A DNA stretch of 64,000 nucleotides from Candidatus Multivoradales bacterium. Its GTDB lineage: Bacteria; Acidobacteriota; Thermoanaerobaculia; Multivoradales; J023. Every line of letters begins with the position of its first letter. Within the stretch, counting starts at the first letter, position 1. Below the pieces are notes generated by a model. The model made no database searches and was not told the DNA's origin. It was given only the letters and a program-made list of their open reading frames with translations. A program made the translations under genes and the position numbers. Where the stretch lies: contig CBDFLE010000005.1 in assembly GCA_965248925.1 (NCBI GenBank), forward strand, positions 607,135-671,134, read 5' to 3'. Shown here in pieces: positions 27,821-36,384 of the stretch.

Positions 27821-27855
27821 GAGTGAATATCTCTTCAATTGAGAGATATTCACTC
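27821..27855. promoter_or_regulatory. 35-bp near-perfect palindrome (14-bp arms GAGTGAATATCTCT / AGAGATATTCACTC around t-CAATTG) in an AT-rich island, with a second 8-bp-arm inverted repeat (GTGATTTT-cttgcc-AAAATCAC) 40 bp downstream
   Basis: Read directly. Local GC is about 40-45% against about 67% for the window. Lies in the divergent intergenic region between the sigma-54 EBP gene and the XRE-family HTH gene. An AGTGA motif recurs four times within 90 bp. Confidence 0.55.
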
Positions 27856-27990
27856 TGCCTTCTCTGGAGTGATCATTAAAAGGCACTAAAAACAGTGATT
27901 TTCTTGCCAAAATCACACTTCTACTGTTCCAAGTCACGTTTGATATAAACTCTTGGAAATCAACGAATTGCCTTCAGGACAGCAAAAGTC

Positions 27991-28482
27991 ATGGTAGTTG
28001 AAAAAGAACTTACTCGCATTCTGACGTTGCTCCGCAACAAGATCCGAGAACGCGGTTTCACCCAGCTCGAGGTCCAGGACGCGCTCGGCTGGGGTCGCAG
28101 CTACATCAGTCAGCTGCTGACTAAGCAGAAGTCTCTTCGGGTTGAGCAGGTGCTGCTCATTCTCAAGGTCATCGGCGTTGAGCCAGTGGAGTTTTACAGT
28201 GAACTCTACCATTTCATGCCGGTAGAGCCTGGCATCCGCAATATCGATGAGTTCGCAGAGGACGGCCCACAGCCTCGCCAGCTGCCGGCGGCCAGTCTCA
28301 CTAGCGACGGCAGTGAACCGGATGCCGATGCTCTTCTGCGCAGCCTCAACGAAGTCAAGCACATGGTTCATGGCGTGCTGCAGGTGATGATGGACAAGAA
28401 CATCATGACCATGGAGGAAATCAGCGACGCGGTGAAGGAGAGCGAACTCAGCAGCCGCGCTGCCGTGAAGAAGCCCAACTAG
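27991..28482 (+). CDS. XRE/Cro-C1-type helix-turn-helix transcriptional regulator
   Basis: 'GFTQLEVQDALGWGRSYISQLLTKQKSLRVEQVLLILKVIG' is a canonical HTH_XRE. Acidic C-terminal tail. The gene and its upstream region have lower GC than their surroundings. Confidence 0.65.
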   Translation: MVVEKELTRILTLLRNKIRERGFTQLEVQDALGWGRSYISQLLTKQKSLRVEQVLLILKVIGVEPVEFYSELYHFMPVEPGIRNIDEFAEDGPQPRQLPAASLTSDGSEPDADALLRSLNEVKHMVHGVLQVMMDKNIMTMEEISDAVKESELSSRAAVKKPN

Positions 28483-28487
28483 GTCTG

Positions 28488-29246
28488 CTAGTCGGAGGGC
28501 TCAAAGCTCTGACTCATCGCCAGCCTGAGCTGGTCGGCGAGTTCCTTGCGTTGGTCTGCAAGGATAGGTGTGCTGCCAAAACGCACCTGGATGTCGATCT
28601 GGGGCAGCTGCAAGAGGCGCAGGAAGTGCGGTGCGAAGTCGCTATCGCCCCACCAAGAGACCCACTCTTGGGCTGAGCGTTGCGGATCCCGCGTGGCGTA
28701 GCTCAAAGTCACATAATGCACCGGCACTGCCCGCTTGGCCGGGTAGTCGAGCAATGAGGGCTTGAAAGGCAAGAGAACATCGCCTCTGCCGGTCGTGCCT
28801 TCGGGAAAGAGCAGCACCCCCAGTCCGCGAGCGCGGCTGTGATCGATCAGCCGCAGCACTCGCAATAGGTCTCGCTTGCGGCTGCGGTCGACAAAGATCG
28901 AATCGGCGGCCCGTAGGATCCCCCCAACTAGCGGCCAGCCCCGCAAGTCTAGCTTGGCGATATAGGCTACATCGACCAAGCTGCCGAGGACGATGATGTC
29001 GAGATAGGTTTGGTGGTTAGAGACCAGGAAGAAGTCTCCCCTCGGCGGCTCTCCCTGACAGTCGACCCGCAGGCCGATCACCCGTCGCAGGGATCTTGAC
29101 CAAGTTCTAAAGATCCAATTTCGCCACCGCAACTGAGCTTTGGGAAACCAGCCGCGGGTAGGCCAGCTGATCAGTAAACCGGCGTAGCTGAGCAGGGTTA
29201 GCAAGGCAATCACCTTGATTCGCCAGATGCGTCGCAGAGTGGACAT
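28488..29246 (-). CDS. Lysophospholipid (1-acyl-glycerol-3-phosphate-type) acyltransferase, PlsC family
   Basis: N-terminal TM. 'FLVSNHQTYLDIIVL' (HX4D catalytic motif), 'FPEGTTGRG' (acyl-acceptor pocket motif). Confidence 0.8.
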   Translation of the reverse strand: MSTLRRIWRIKVIALLTLLSYAGLLISWPTRGWFPKAQLRWRNWIFRTWSRSLRRVIGLRVDCQGEPPRGDFFLVSNHQTYLDIIVLGSLVDVAYIAKLDLRGWPLVGGILRAADSIFVDRSRKRDLLRVLRLIDHSRARGLGVLLFPEGTTGRGDVLLPFKPSLLDYPAKRAVPVHYVTLSYATRDPQRSAQEWVSWWGDSDFAPHFLRLLQLPQIDIQVRFGSTPILADQRKELADQLRLAMSQSFEPSD

Positions 29247-29266
29247 TCAGTTCAGGGCCTCGGCGA

Positions 29267-31996
29267 CTAGCCTGTGTTCTTGAGGCCTTGCGCGATGCCA
29301 TGCACCGTCGCCAGCAGGGCGGCCTGAAGTTCCGAGTCTTGACGGTTGCCAGCGCGCCACCGACGTAGTAGATCCACCTGCAAGAGGCTCATCGGATCAA
29401 CGTAGGGATTGCGCAGCCGGATTGAGCGTTGCAGGGTCGGATCACGGTCGAGTAGCTGCTCTTGGCCGCGCAGCCGCAGCACCCATTCGACCGTCCGCTG
29501 GTACTCCCTTTCAATCCGCGGGAAGAACTCTCGACCGCGGTCGCCGGCAAGAGAGGCATAGCGGGCGGCGATCGCCAGATCCGCTTTTGCTAGCACCATC
29601 TCCAGATCTTCGAACAATGTACCCAGGAAGGGCCAGCCAGCGACCATTTCCGCCAGCGGTTCCTCGCCGTGTTGCTCGACTGCTCGCTCAAGAGCACTGC
29701 CGAGGCCATACCATCCGGGCAGCAAGTGGCGACTCTGAGTCCAGGAGAAGACCCAGGGAATAGCCCGCAAGCTGCCGATTCCCCCTCCCTTGCGGCGCGA
29801 GGATGGGCGTGAGCCGATGGTCATCTTTTCGATCACGTCGATCGGTGTCGCTCGGCGAAAATAGTCGACGAAGCCGTCTGCGTGGTAGACCAGCTGACGG
29901 TAATTGCGCCGGTTATCGCGGGCGATCTGATCGACTATCTGGCGCCAGGCAGCCGGTTGCTGCGGCTCCCGCTCTGCTGCCGGAGCAGGGCTTACAGAGA
30001 CCTTGGCAATTGCTCCCAGAGCCTGCTCCAGGCTGCGCAGAGCGATCCCCCGAAGGCCGTATTTGGCATCGATAACCTCTCCCTGCTCGGTCAGTCGCAA
30101 ATGGCCGGCGACCGCTCCCGGAGGCTCCGCCAACACCGCCCGGTGGGTTTTCGAGCCACCGCGGCTGATGGTGCCGCCACGGCCGTGGAAGACGGTCAGC
30201 TTGACCTGCGCCGCGGCGAGGGTTTCGACCAGGGCGGATTGGGCTTGTTGGAGCGCCCAGCGAGAGGCCGCGATGCCTCCCTCCTTGCTGCTGTCGGAGT
30301 AGCCGATCATCACCATCTGGCGGCGATCACGGCGATCGAGGTGGCTGCCGTAGGTCTCATCCGACGCCATCTTTCCCATCACCTGAGGTGCGGCCTGTAG
30401 ATCCGGCACAGTCTCGAATAAGGGCGCCACGTCGAGGGGGACTTCACCAGCAGCATTGGCCAAGCCGCCCCAGCGGGCTAGCAAAAGGACACTCAACAGA
30501 TCGTCTGCCCCTTGGGTCATGCTGGTGACAAATGGTCCCACGGCACGCTCGCCATAGCGTTGGCGGGCGGTGGCGATGGCAGCGAAGACCGCTAGGGTGG
30601 GCTGGTCAAGATCGCCGGGTGGGCAGGGAGGTGGGGCCGGCGGTGCAGTCAGCAGGCCGCTCAAGAGCTGCGTTCGTTCGGCGGCAGTCTGCTGCGGCCA
30701 GTTTTCTTCACCCAGCAGTCTGCCCACCACCGCCCGGTGCAGCAAAGCGTCTTGGCGCACATCGAGGGTCGCCAGGTGGAAGCCGAAGGTCTCGACCCGC
30801 CGCAGCAGGCGCAGGACGGCGAAGCGCCCCGCATTGTGCCCGCGGTGATGAGCCAAGCTGGCAGCGATCAGCCGCAGGTCGTCGGCCAGCTCTTCCGGGG
30901 TCGCATAAGCGTTTTCTTGGTCTTGGTCGGTAGCCTGCAAGCGGGCGGCGATCAAGCGCAAGAGGATGCGGTAAGGCATTGTTTGATGGCGTGGTTTGAT
31001 CACTTCTGCGGGAAACAGCCGGCGATAGGTCTCGAGCTGAGCGCTGAGGGCATCATCGACGGCGATTTCGCTGCTCGACTGACTGAGTTCGCCGGCCAAG
31101 GTGCGAATTTCACGGCGGTAGAGGGCCAGCACCAATTGCCGATGCCGGGCCAGGGTGGCGCCGATCGAAGCGGCGGTGACATTGGGATTGCCGTCCATGT
31201 CGCCACCCACCCAGGAGGCAAAGCGCAAAATGCCGTTGGGTACCTGCAAGCGCTGCCCCCAGACTCTCTCGATGGCGTTCTCGATCGCTTCGTAGAACGG
31301 TGGCACGGTGAGATAGAGAATGTCGGTCACATAAAACAGCACATGTTCCATTTCGTCGCCGACGGTGGGTCGCTGCGAGGGATTCTGGTCGGTCTGCCAT
31401 GCGGCGGTGATGGCGGAGCGAATCCTTGCCATCGAGGCCTCAAGCTCGGGTGGGGTGAGGGTGCGGTCCAGTTGCTCGACCAAGCGGCGGGCGATCTGCT
31501 GATCTTTCTCCAACAAGCTGCGCCGAGTAGCCTGGGTGGGATGGGCGGTGAATACAGGCTCGAAACTCAGCCGCTCGAGCAAGTGACCAACTTGCTCGAC
31601 GGTGACACCGCTGGCGGCGAGTTCGGCGAAGGTGTGTTCGAGGCTGCCGGGCTGCGCTGTGGTGCCGCGCAAATACTCCCGTCGGCGGCGGATGCGGTGT
31701 ACTTTCTCGGCCAGGTTGACGAGCCGAAAGTAGGCCGAGAAGCCGCGCACCAGACGCTCGGCCGCGGCCGGCGTCAATCCCTGCAGCAGCTCCCGCAGCT
31801 CGCTTTCGGCGTCTTTCTCTCCATCACGCCGCCTGATGGCGCATTGGCGAGCAGTCTCGACCCGATTGAACAGCTCCTCACCGCCCTGTTCGAGCAGCAT
31901 CTCACCGACCAGACTTCCAAGTCTGCGGACATCATCGCGTAGCGGTTGGTCTTTAGCGGCAAACTTTACGACTCGGCGACTCACTACATCTCCCAT
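29267..31996 (-). CDS. ppc: Phosphoenolpyruvate carboxylase
   Basis: 'VFTAHPTQATRR' catalytic loop, 'GYSDSSKEGGIAAS', 'FHGRGGTISRGG', and the universally conserved C-terminus '...NTG'. 910 aa from the ATG at 31996. The ORF-track 32083 start would add 29 aa. Confidence 0.9.
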   Translation of the reverse strand: MGDVVSRRVVKFAAKDQPLRDDVRRLGSLVGEMLLEQGGEELFNRVETARQCAIRRRDGEKDAESELRELLQGLTPAAAERLVRGFSAYFRLVNLAEKVHRIRRRREYLRGTTAQPGSLEHTFAELAASGVTVEQVGHLLERLSFEPVFTAHPTQATRRSLLEKDQQIARRLVEQLDRTLTPPELEASMARIRSAITAAWQTDQNPSQRPTVGDEMEHVLFYVTDILYLTVPPFYEAIENAIERVWGQRLQVPNGILRFASWVGGDMDGNPNVTAASIGATLARHRQLVLALYRREIRTLAGELSQSSSEIAVDDALSAQLETYRRLFPAEVIKPRHQTMPYRILLRLIAARLQATDQDQENAYATPEELADDLRLIAASLAHHRGHNAGRFAVLRLLRRVETFGFHLATLDVRQDALLHRAVVGRLLGEENWPQQTAAERTQLLSGLLTAPPAPPPCPPGDLDQPTLAVFAAIATARQRYGERAVGPFVTSMTQGADDLLSVLLLARWGGLANAAGEVPLDVAPLFETVPDLQAAPQVMGKMASDETYGSHLDRRDRRQMVMIGYSDSSKEGGIAASRWALQQAQSALVETLAAAQVKLTVFHGRGGTISRGGSKTHRAVLAEPPGAVAGHLRLTEQGEVIDAKYGLRGIALRSLEQALGAIAKVSVSPAPAAEREPQQPAAWRQIVDQIARDNRRNYRQLVYHADGFVDYFRRATPIDVIEKMTIGSRPSSRRKGGGIGSLRAIPWVFSWTQSRHLLPGWYGLGSALERAVEQHGEEPLAEMVAGWPFLGTLFEDLEMVLAKADLAIAARYASLAGDRGREFFPRIEREYQRTVEWVLRLRGQEQLLDRDPTLQRSIRLRNPYVDPMSLLQVDLLRRWRAGNRQDSELQAALLATVHGIAQGLKNTG

Positions 31997-32033
31997 CCAG
32001 GGTCTCGGTCCGACGGCGTCTTGGTTGGGCTCA

Positions 32034-32804
32034 TTATGGGCCAGCCGTGGTCGCAGGCGCCAGCACCAGGTAGTCGTTGCCATCGCCTCCAGTGGCGTCG
32101 GCGCCGGCCAAGTGGGCGACCTCTCGCATACCTGAGGCGGCCATCAGTCTGGCGGCTTCTGGCGGCTCGGTGAGATGGCAGTAGCGGGGACGACCTTGCT
32201 CGCCGCCCCAGCTCAGTAGATGGTCGCCAGGCTCGAGTTGGCTGCGGTCCAGCGGCTGACCCGCGAGGTGTCGCGGCCACGGCAAGATCTTGCGCCCCTG
32301 GCGTGGGTCAAGGTCAAAGCGCCACAGCGACGCGGTCAATCGCCCGCCGGGCTGGAGATACCGGCCCAGGCGCCGCAAGAGACGCGAGCGCTGCTCGAAG
32401 CCGGCAATGTGGTGGACCACGCCGAAGAGAGCGATCCAATCGAATTGGCGGCCGCTGAGCCGCTCATCAAGGTGGTTGTCCAACAAATCGAGCTGTAGCA
32501 GGTGGCAACTAGCGAAGCGCTCGGCGAGCTTGTTGCGGGCGGCGGAGAGCAGCTGCTCTGAACTGTCGCAGGCGGTGTAGTCGATCACCTGGCCGCCGAG
32601 CCGATCGGCAAGGAATGCGCCAAAGCGGCCATTGCCGCAGCCGGCATCGAACACCCGCAGCGGACGGCCGAGATCGCCGCAAAGTCGCAGCAGCTCATGC
32701 CACCCCGGCCAGGGACTCTGCCGGGTGCGGTCGAAAGCGGCGGCGTGGTGGTGGTAGAAACCGCGGTTGAGGGCTTGCAGCTGAGCGGAAGTGCGATGGT
32801 CCAT
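32034..32804 (-). CDS. Class I SAM-dependent methyltransferase
   Basis: Motif I 'VFDAGCGNGRFGAFL', motif post-I 'ACDSS', motif II/III region 'FDWIALFGVVHHI', 'LQPGGRL'. Transcribed divergently from the Elp3-like gene. The start is uncertain (32804 ATG preferred over 32882, which would overlap the Elp3 start). Confidence 0.65.
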   Translation of the reverse strand: MDHRTSAQLQALNRGFYHHHAAAFDRTRQSPWPGWHELLRLCGDLGRPLRVFDAGCGNGRFGAFLADRLGGQVIDYTACDSSEQLLSAARNKLAERFASCHLLQLDLLDNHLDERLSGRQFDWIALFGVVHHIAGFEQRSRLLRRLGRYLQPGGRLTASLWRFDLDPRQGRKILPWPRHLAGQPLDRSQLEPGDHLLSWGGEQGRPRYCHLTEPPEAARLMAASGMREVAHLAGADATGGDGNDYLVLAPATTAGP

Positions 32805-32872
32805 CTTGGCTGGATGATACCGTTGGCTGCCAAGACCTGCCGGCCGCGGCAGTAGCCAAACTCGACAGCACC

Positions 32873-34750
32873 ATGAAACCATCGTCCTTTGCCAGTTTCG
32901 ATCCGCGGCAGCACGCCGCTCAGCTAGTGCCGCTGATCACCGAACTCGAGCAAGCCAAGAGCCTGGAACGGCCACGCTACGACCGCATCCTACGGCGCTA
33001 TCCAAGAGCGGGAAAGGGAGCTTTCTCCAAGAGCGAGATCATTCGCGGCGTTCGTCGGCTGGCGGCCACGTTGGGTTGGGATGAGCCGCGGCAGGAAGAA
33101 TTTGTCGAGCGTCTCAAACGCAAACCGGTGCGCACCCAGAGTGGGGTGGCGCCGGTCAGCGTGCTGACCCGCCCCCACCCCTGTCCTGGAAAGTGTATTT
33201 TCTGTCCCAGCGACGTGCGCATGCCGAAGAGCTATCTGTCGCGCGAGCCCGGCGCCCAACGGGCCGCCCAGCATGACTTCGACCCTTATGGCCAGACCCT
33301 CGGCCGCTTGCTGGCCCTGCATCATCTCGGCCATCGGGTGGATAAGGTGGAGTTGATTGTGTTGGGTGGCACCTGGTCGTTCTATCCCCTGGCCTACCAG
33401 ATCGGCTTCATCAAACGTTGCCTGGAGGCGATGAACGACTTTGCTAGCCAGCGCGATCGGGCCGACGCCGGCTCGATTCGCGGTCGGCTGCGCTTTGCTG
33501 AATTGGTCGGCGACGTGGTCGGGCGCGAGGCCGGTAGAACCTACAATCAGCGGGTCAGCAGTTTTCTCAGCGAGCAATTGGAAGGCCAGCTGCGCGACGG
33601 CCAACTGCTCGAGCCAAGCGAAGGGGCGGAGTGGGCGGAACTGGAGGAGGTGCAACGCCAAAACGAGACGGCAGCGGTGCGTTGCGTCGGCATGGTGCTC
33701 GAGACCCGTCCCGATCACATTTCAGCGGCCGAGGTTGTTCACTTGCGTCGCTTGGGCTGCACCAAGGTGCAAATTGGCTATCAGAGCTTGGCGGACGATG
33801 TGCTGCGGGCCAATCGGCGAGGTCACGATGTCGCCGCCACCCGCCGCGCCATGGGCTTGCTGCGTCGGGCTGGTTTCAAGATCCACGCTCATTGGATGGC
33901 CAACCTTCACGGCTCCGATCCGCGGCGTGATGTCGAGGATTTCAAGCGAATTTTCGCCGACCCCGACTTTCGCCCCGACGAACTTAAAATCTACCCTTGC
34001 AGCCTGATCGAGAGCGCCGAATTGATGCGCTACTGGCAGCGCGGCGATTGGCGCCCCTACGACCGAGCGGAATTGCTCAAGGTGCTGACCCGCTGCATGC
34101 TGCTAGTGCCTCCTTGGTGCCGGGTTACGCGAGTTATTCGCGACATACCGGGAGACGACATCTGGGCCGGCAATAGGGTGACCAACTTCCGCCAAGTCCT
34201 CGAACAGGAGCTGGCGCGGCGTGGCTTGGCGAGCCGAGATATCCGCGCTCGGGAGATCGGCCGGCGGCAGCTCGGCGCGGAGCAGCCCCGGCTCGAAGTG
34301 CTGCGCTACGACACCAGCAACAGCCAGGAGATCTTCCTGCAAATGACCACCGCGGAGGGCTGGTTGTTGGGTTTTTGCCGCTTGGCGCTGCCCGGGGAAG
34401 GTTCCTTTATCGAGGAGATTCGGCACAGCGCCCTGTTGCGCGAGCTGCATGTCTATGGGGTGATGGTGGGACTCGGCGAGCAGCAAGGTGGCCGCGCCCA
34501 ACACCTCGGCCTGGGCCGGCGCTTAGTCGCCAAGGCCCGCGAGCTAGCGGCGGCTGAGGGTTTCTTGGACCTGGCGGTGATCTCGAGTATTGGCACTCGC
34601 CCCTACTACCGCACTTTGGGCTTTGTCGACGGTGAGCTATATCAACATCTGGCTCTCGCTGAGAAGCGCCTGCTGCCGCAATGCGGCGTGATAGATTCAT
34701 CGGACAACGGCACCGCTCGGGCTTCGCGGAGCGTACCGACGCTCGCTTGA
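32873..34750 (+). CDS. ELP3-family radical SAM / GNAT acetyltransferase (bacterial Elp3 homologue)
   Basis: Radical-SAM cluster motif 'CPGKCIFCP' (CX3CX2C... wait, CX4CX2C spacing: C-PGK-C-IF-C = CX3CX2C). Elp3-type N-terminal extension. Central TIM-barrel-like region ('IVLGGTWSFY'). C-terminal GNAT fold ('ELHVYGVMVGLGEQQ...GLGRRLVAKARELAAAEGFLDLAVISSIGTRPYYRTLGF'). Confidence 0.7.
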   Translation: MKPSSFASFDPRQHAAQLVPLITELEQAKSLERPRYDRILRRYPRAGKGAFSKSEIIRGVRRLAATLGWDEPRQEEFVERLKRKPVRTQSGVAPVSVLTRPHPCPGKCIFCPSDVRMPKSYLSREPGAQRAAQHDFDPYGQTLGRLLALHHLGHRVDKVELIVLGGTWSFYPLAYQIGFIKRCLEAMNDFASQRDRADAGSIRGRLRFAELVGDVVGREAGRTYNQRVSSFLSEQLEGQLRDGQLLEPSEGAEWAELEEVQRQNETAAVRCVGMVLETRPDHISAAEVVHLRRLGCTKVQIGYQSLADDVLRANRRGHDVAATRRAMGLLRRAGFKIHAHWMANLHGSDPRRDVEDFKRIFADPDFRPDELKIYPCSLIESAELMRYWQRGDWRPYDRAELLKVLTRCMLLVPPWCRVTRVIRDIPGDDIWAGNRVTNFRQVLEQELARRGLASRDIRAREIGRRQLGAEQPRLEVLRYDTSNSQEIFLQMTTAEGWLLGFCRLALPGEGSFIEEIRHSALLRELHVYGVMVGLGEQQGGRAQHLGLGRRLVAKARELAAAEGFLDLAVISSIGTRPYYRTLGFVDGELYQHLALAEKRLLPQCGVIDSSDNGTARASRSVPTLA

Positions 34751-34773
34751 CAAGGTCTTTGGAGGAGCAATCT

Positions 34774-36384
34774 TTGCGCAGAGTTGGCATCTTCGGCTGG
34801 GGTATCGTCGCCCCGCGTTCGCCCGATATTGACGCTTTCACCACCAATCTAGATTCGGCGGAGAGCTGGTTAGAGCCCTTCGATGGCTACGGTCCCGACA
34901 ATTTCCTGGTCGGTAAACCAGCCTTCGATTTCGCGGTCTACCGACCTTGGATCCTGCAACGCTTCAAGCCCAACCGCTTTTCCCAACTGGAGAGCAAGAT
35001 GGGCTTGCCGGTGCAATACGCCATCGGTACTTTCATCCAGGCTCTGGGACAGAATCCCGGCCTCGAAGACGAGCTTCGGCGGCTCGCATCACAAGTGCGA
35101 GTGTACGTCGGCACCGGCCTCGGCGATTTCGGCACCCAATACGAGCAATCGCTGGCTCTCTACCGCGCCCAACGTCGCTGGAATTGTTTCTGGGCTGATC
35201 CGAGTCGCTGCAGCGCTTTGCAGGAGTACGTCGGTGATCGGCGGTCGGTGGGGGATTTGCAGGTGCCGCCGTCGCCATCGGCGGTGTCCGCGGAGGATCG
35301 TATTGAGGCCGAGGACCAGTGGTGGGCCTTCTGGTCCGAGCGCTCCGACGGCCTTGGCCGCTATCTTGAGGAATACCGGGACATCGAATCGATCGCCGTC
35401 GAGGGTGATATCGAATCCGGCAAGCTGGCGGCGATCAAGGAAAAATCCCGCCGCCTGCGCAAACTGCAACAGCGTTGGGCCGCTCCCGAGCCACCGTGGC
35501 AGGCGGTGTCGCCGAACATCTTGTGGAATATTGACAACATTGCCGCCGCTCAGATTTCCATGTTGGGTGGTCTGACCGGTGCCGCGGTGGCGATTTCAGC
35601 CGCCTGCTCGACTTTTGGCGTCACCTTGAAATTCGGCCTCGATGCGATCCGCTCCGGCGAAGCCAAGGCGGTAGTGATTGGGGCCACCGATCCACCGCCT
35701 CACCCGCTGTCCGTCGCCGGTTTCTATCGCGCGCGAGTGATCTCCTCGGATGCCCGCCTGTCCAAACCCCTGACCGAACTGCGCGGTACCCATGTCGCTG
35801 GCGGCGCCGCTTTGTGGATTCTCGGCGATTGGGAGCACATGACTGGCCTCGGTTTCACTCCTCTGGGGATGGAGCCGCTAGCGGTGGGAGTGACTTCCGA
35901 CGCCGACCACATCATCACCCCGTCCCAGGAAGGGCCCATGGCGGCGATGCGCGAAGCTCTGGCGGGAGCCGATTTGCACGGCTCGCAATTGGTGTCGTGG
36001 GATCTGCACGCTACCGCCACCCCGGGGGACTTCAACGAAGTCGAGATGGTGCGTCAGCTGATGAGCGAGAATGTGCTGGTGACCGCCCGCAAGGGCACCT
36101 TCGGCCACGGCATGGCAGCCGGGGGAGGTTGGGAACTGACCGCTCAATATCTGGGCCACGAACGTGGCCAGGTCTTTCCCACACCACTCGCCGCGGGCGA
36201 ACTCAACGCCCAGATCGCTGAGGTCCATCGCCGCTTCACCTTCGACCGGGGTTGCCCGGCCCCGGCTGGTCCGGTGGGTAAGATGTCGATGGGAATCGGT
36301 GGCATCAACGCCTGCGTGATCTCCCGCCCGCACTCGGTCTTGGCCGAGGTGAGGGCGTTCGAAGCTGATGCTGAATCAGCCTGA
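34774..36384 (+). CDS. Beta-ketoacyl synthase, KAS I/II (FabF/FabB) family, with an about 130-aa insertion before the active-site Cys
   Basis: TTG start preceded by GGAGGAG. 'RRVGIFGWGIVAP' KAS N-terminus. Cys-His-His triad: 'SAACSTFG', 'HATATPGD', 'GHGMAAGG'. Insert region (WNCFWADPSR...RLRKLQQRW) has no counterpart in canonical FabF. Confidence 0.78.
   Translation: MRRVGIFGWGIVAPRSPDIDAFTTNLDSAESWLEPFDGYGPDNFLVGKPAFDFAVYRPWILQRFKPNRFSQLESKMGLPVQYAIGTFIQALGQNPGLEDELRRLASQVRVYVGTGLGDFGTQYEQSLALYRAQRRWNCFWADPSRCSALQEYVGDRRSVGDLQVPPSPSAVSAEDRIEAEDQWWAFWSERSDGLGRYLEEYRDIESIAVEGDIESGKLAAIKEKSRRLRKLQQRWAAPEPPWQAVSPNILWNIDNIAAAQISMLGGLTGAAVAISAACSTFGVTLKFGLDAIRSGEAKAVVIGATDPPPHPLSVAGFYRARVISSDARLSKPLTELRGTHVAGGAALWILGDWEHMTGLGFTPLGMEPLAVGVTSDADHIITPSQEGPMAAMREALAGADLHGSQLVSWDLHATATPGDFNEVEMVRQLMSENVLVTARKGTFGHGMAAGGGWELTAQYLGHERGQVFPTPLAAGELNAQIAEVHRRFTFDRGCPAPAGPVGKMSMGIGGINACVISRPHSVLAEVRAFEADAESA

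Noticed and set aside
32805-32882. Methyltransferase start at 32882
   Set aside because: It would make the divergent methyltransferase and Elp3 coding regions overlap head-to-head by 10 bp. The internal ATG at 32804 leaves a 68-bp divergent promoter region.
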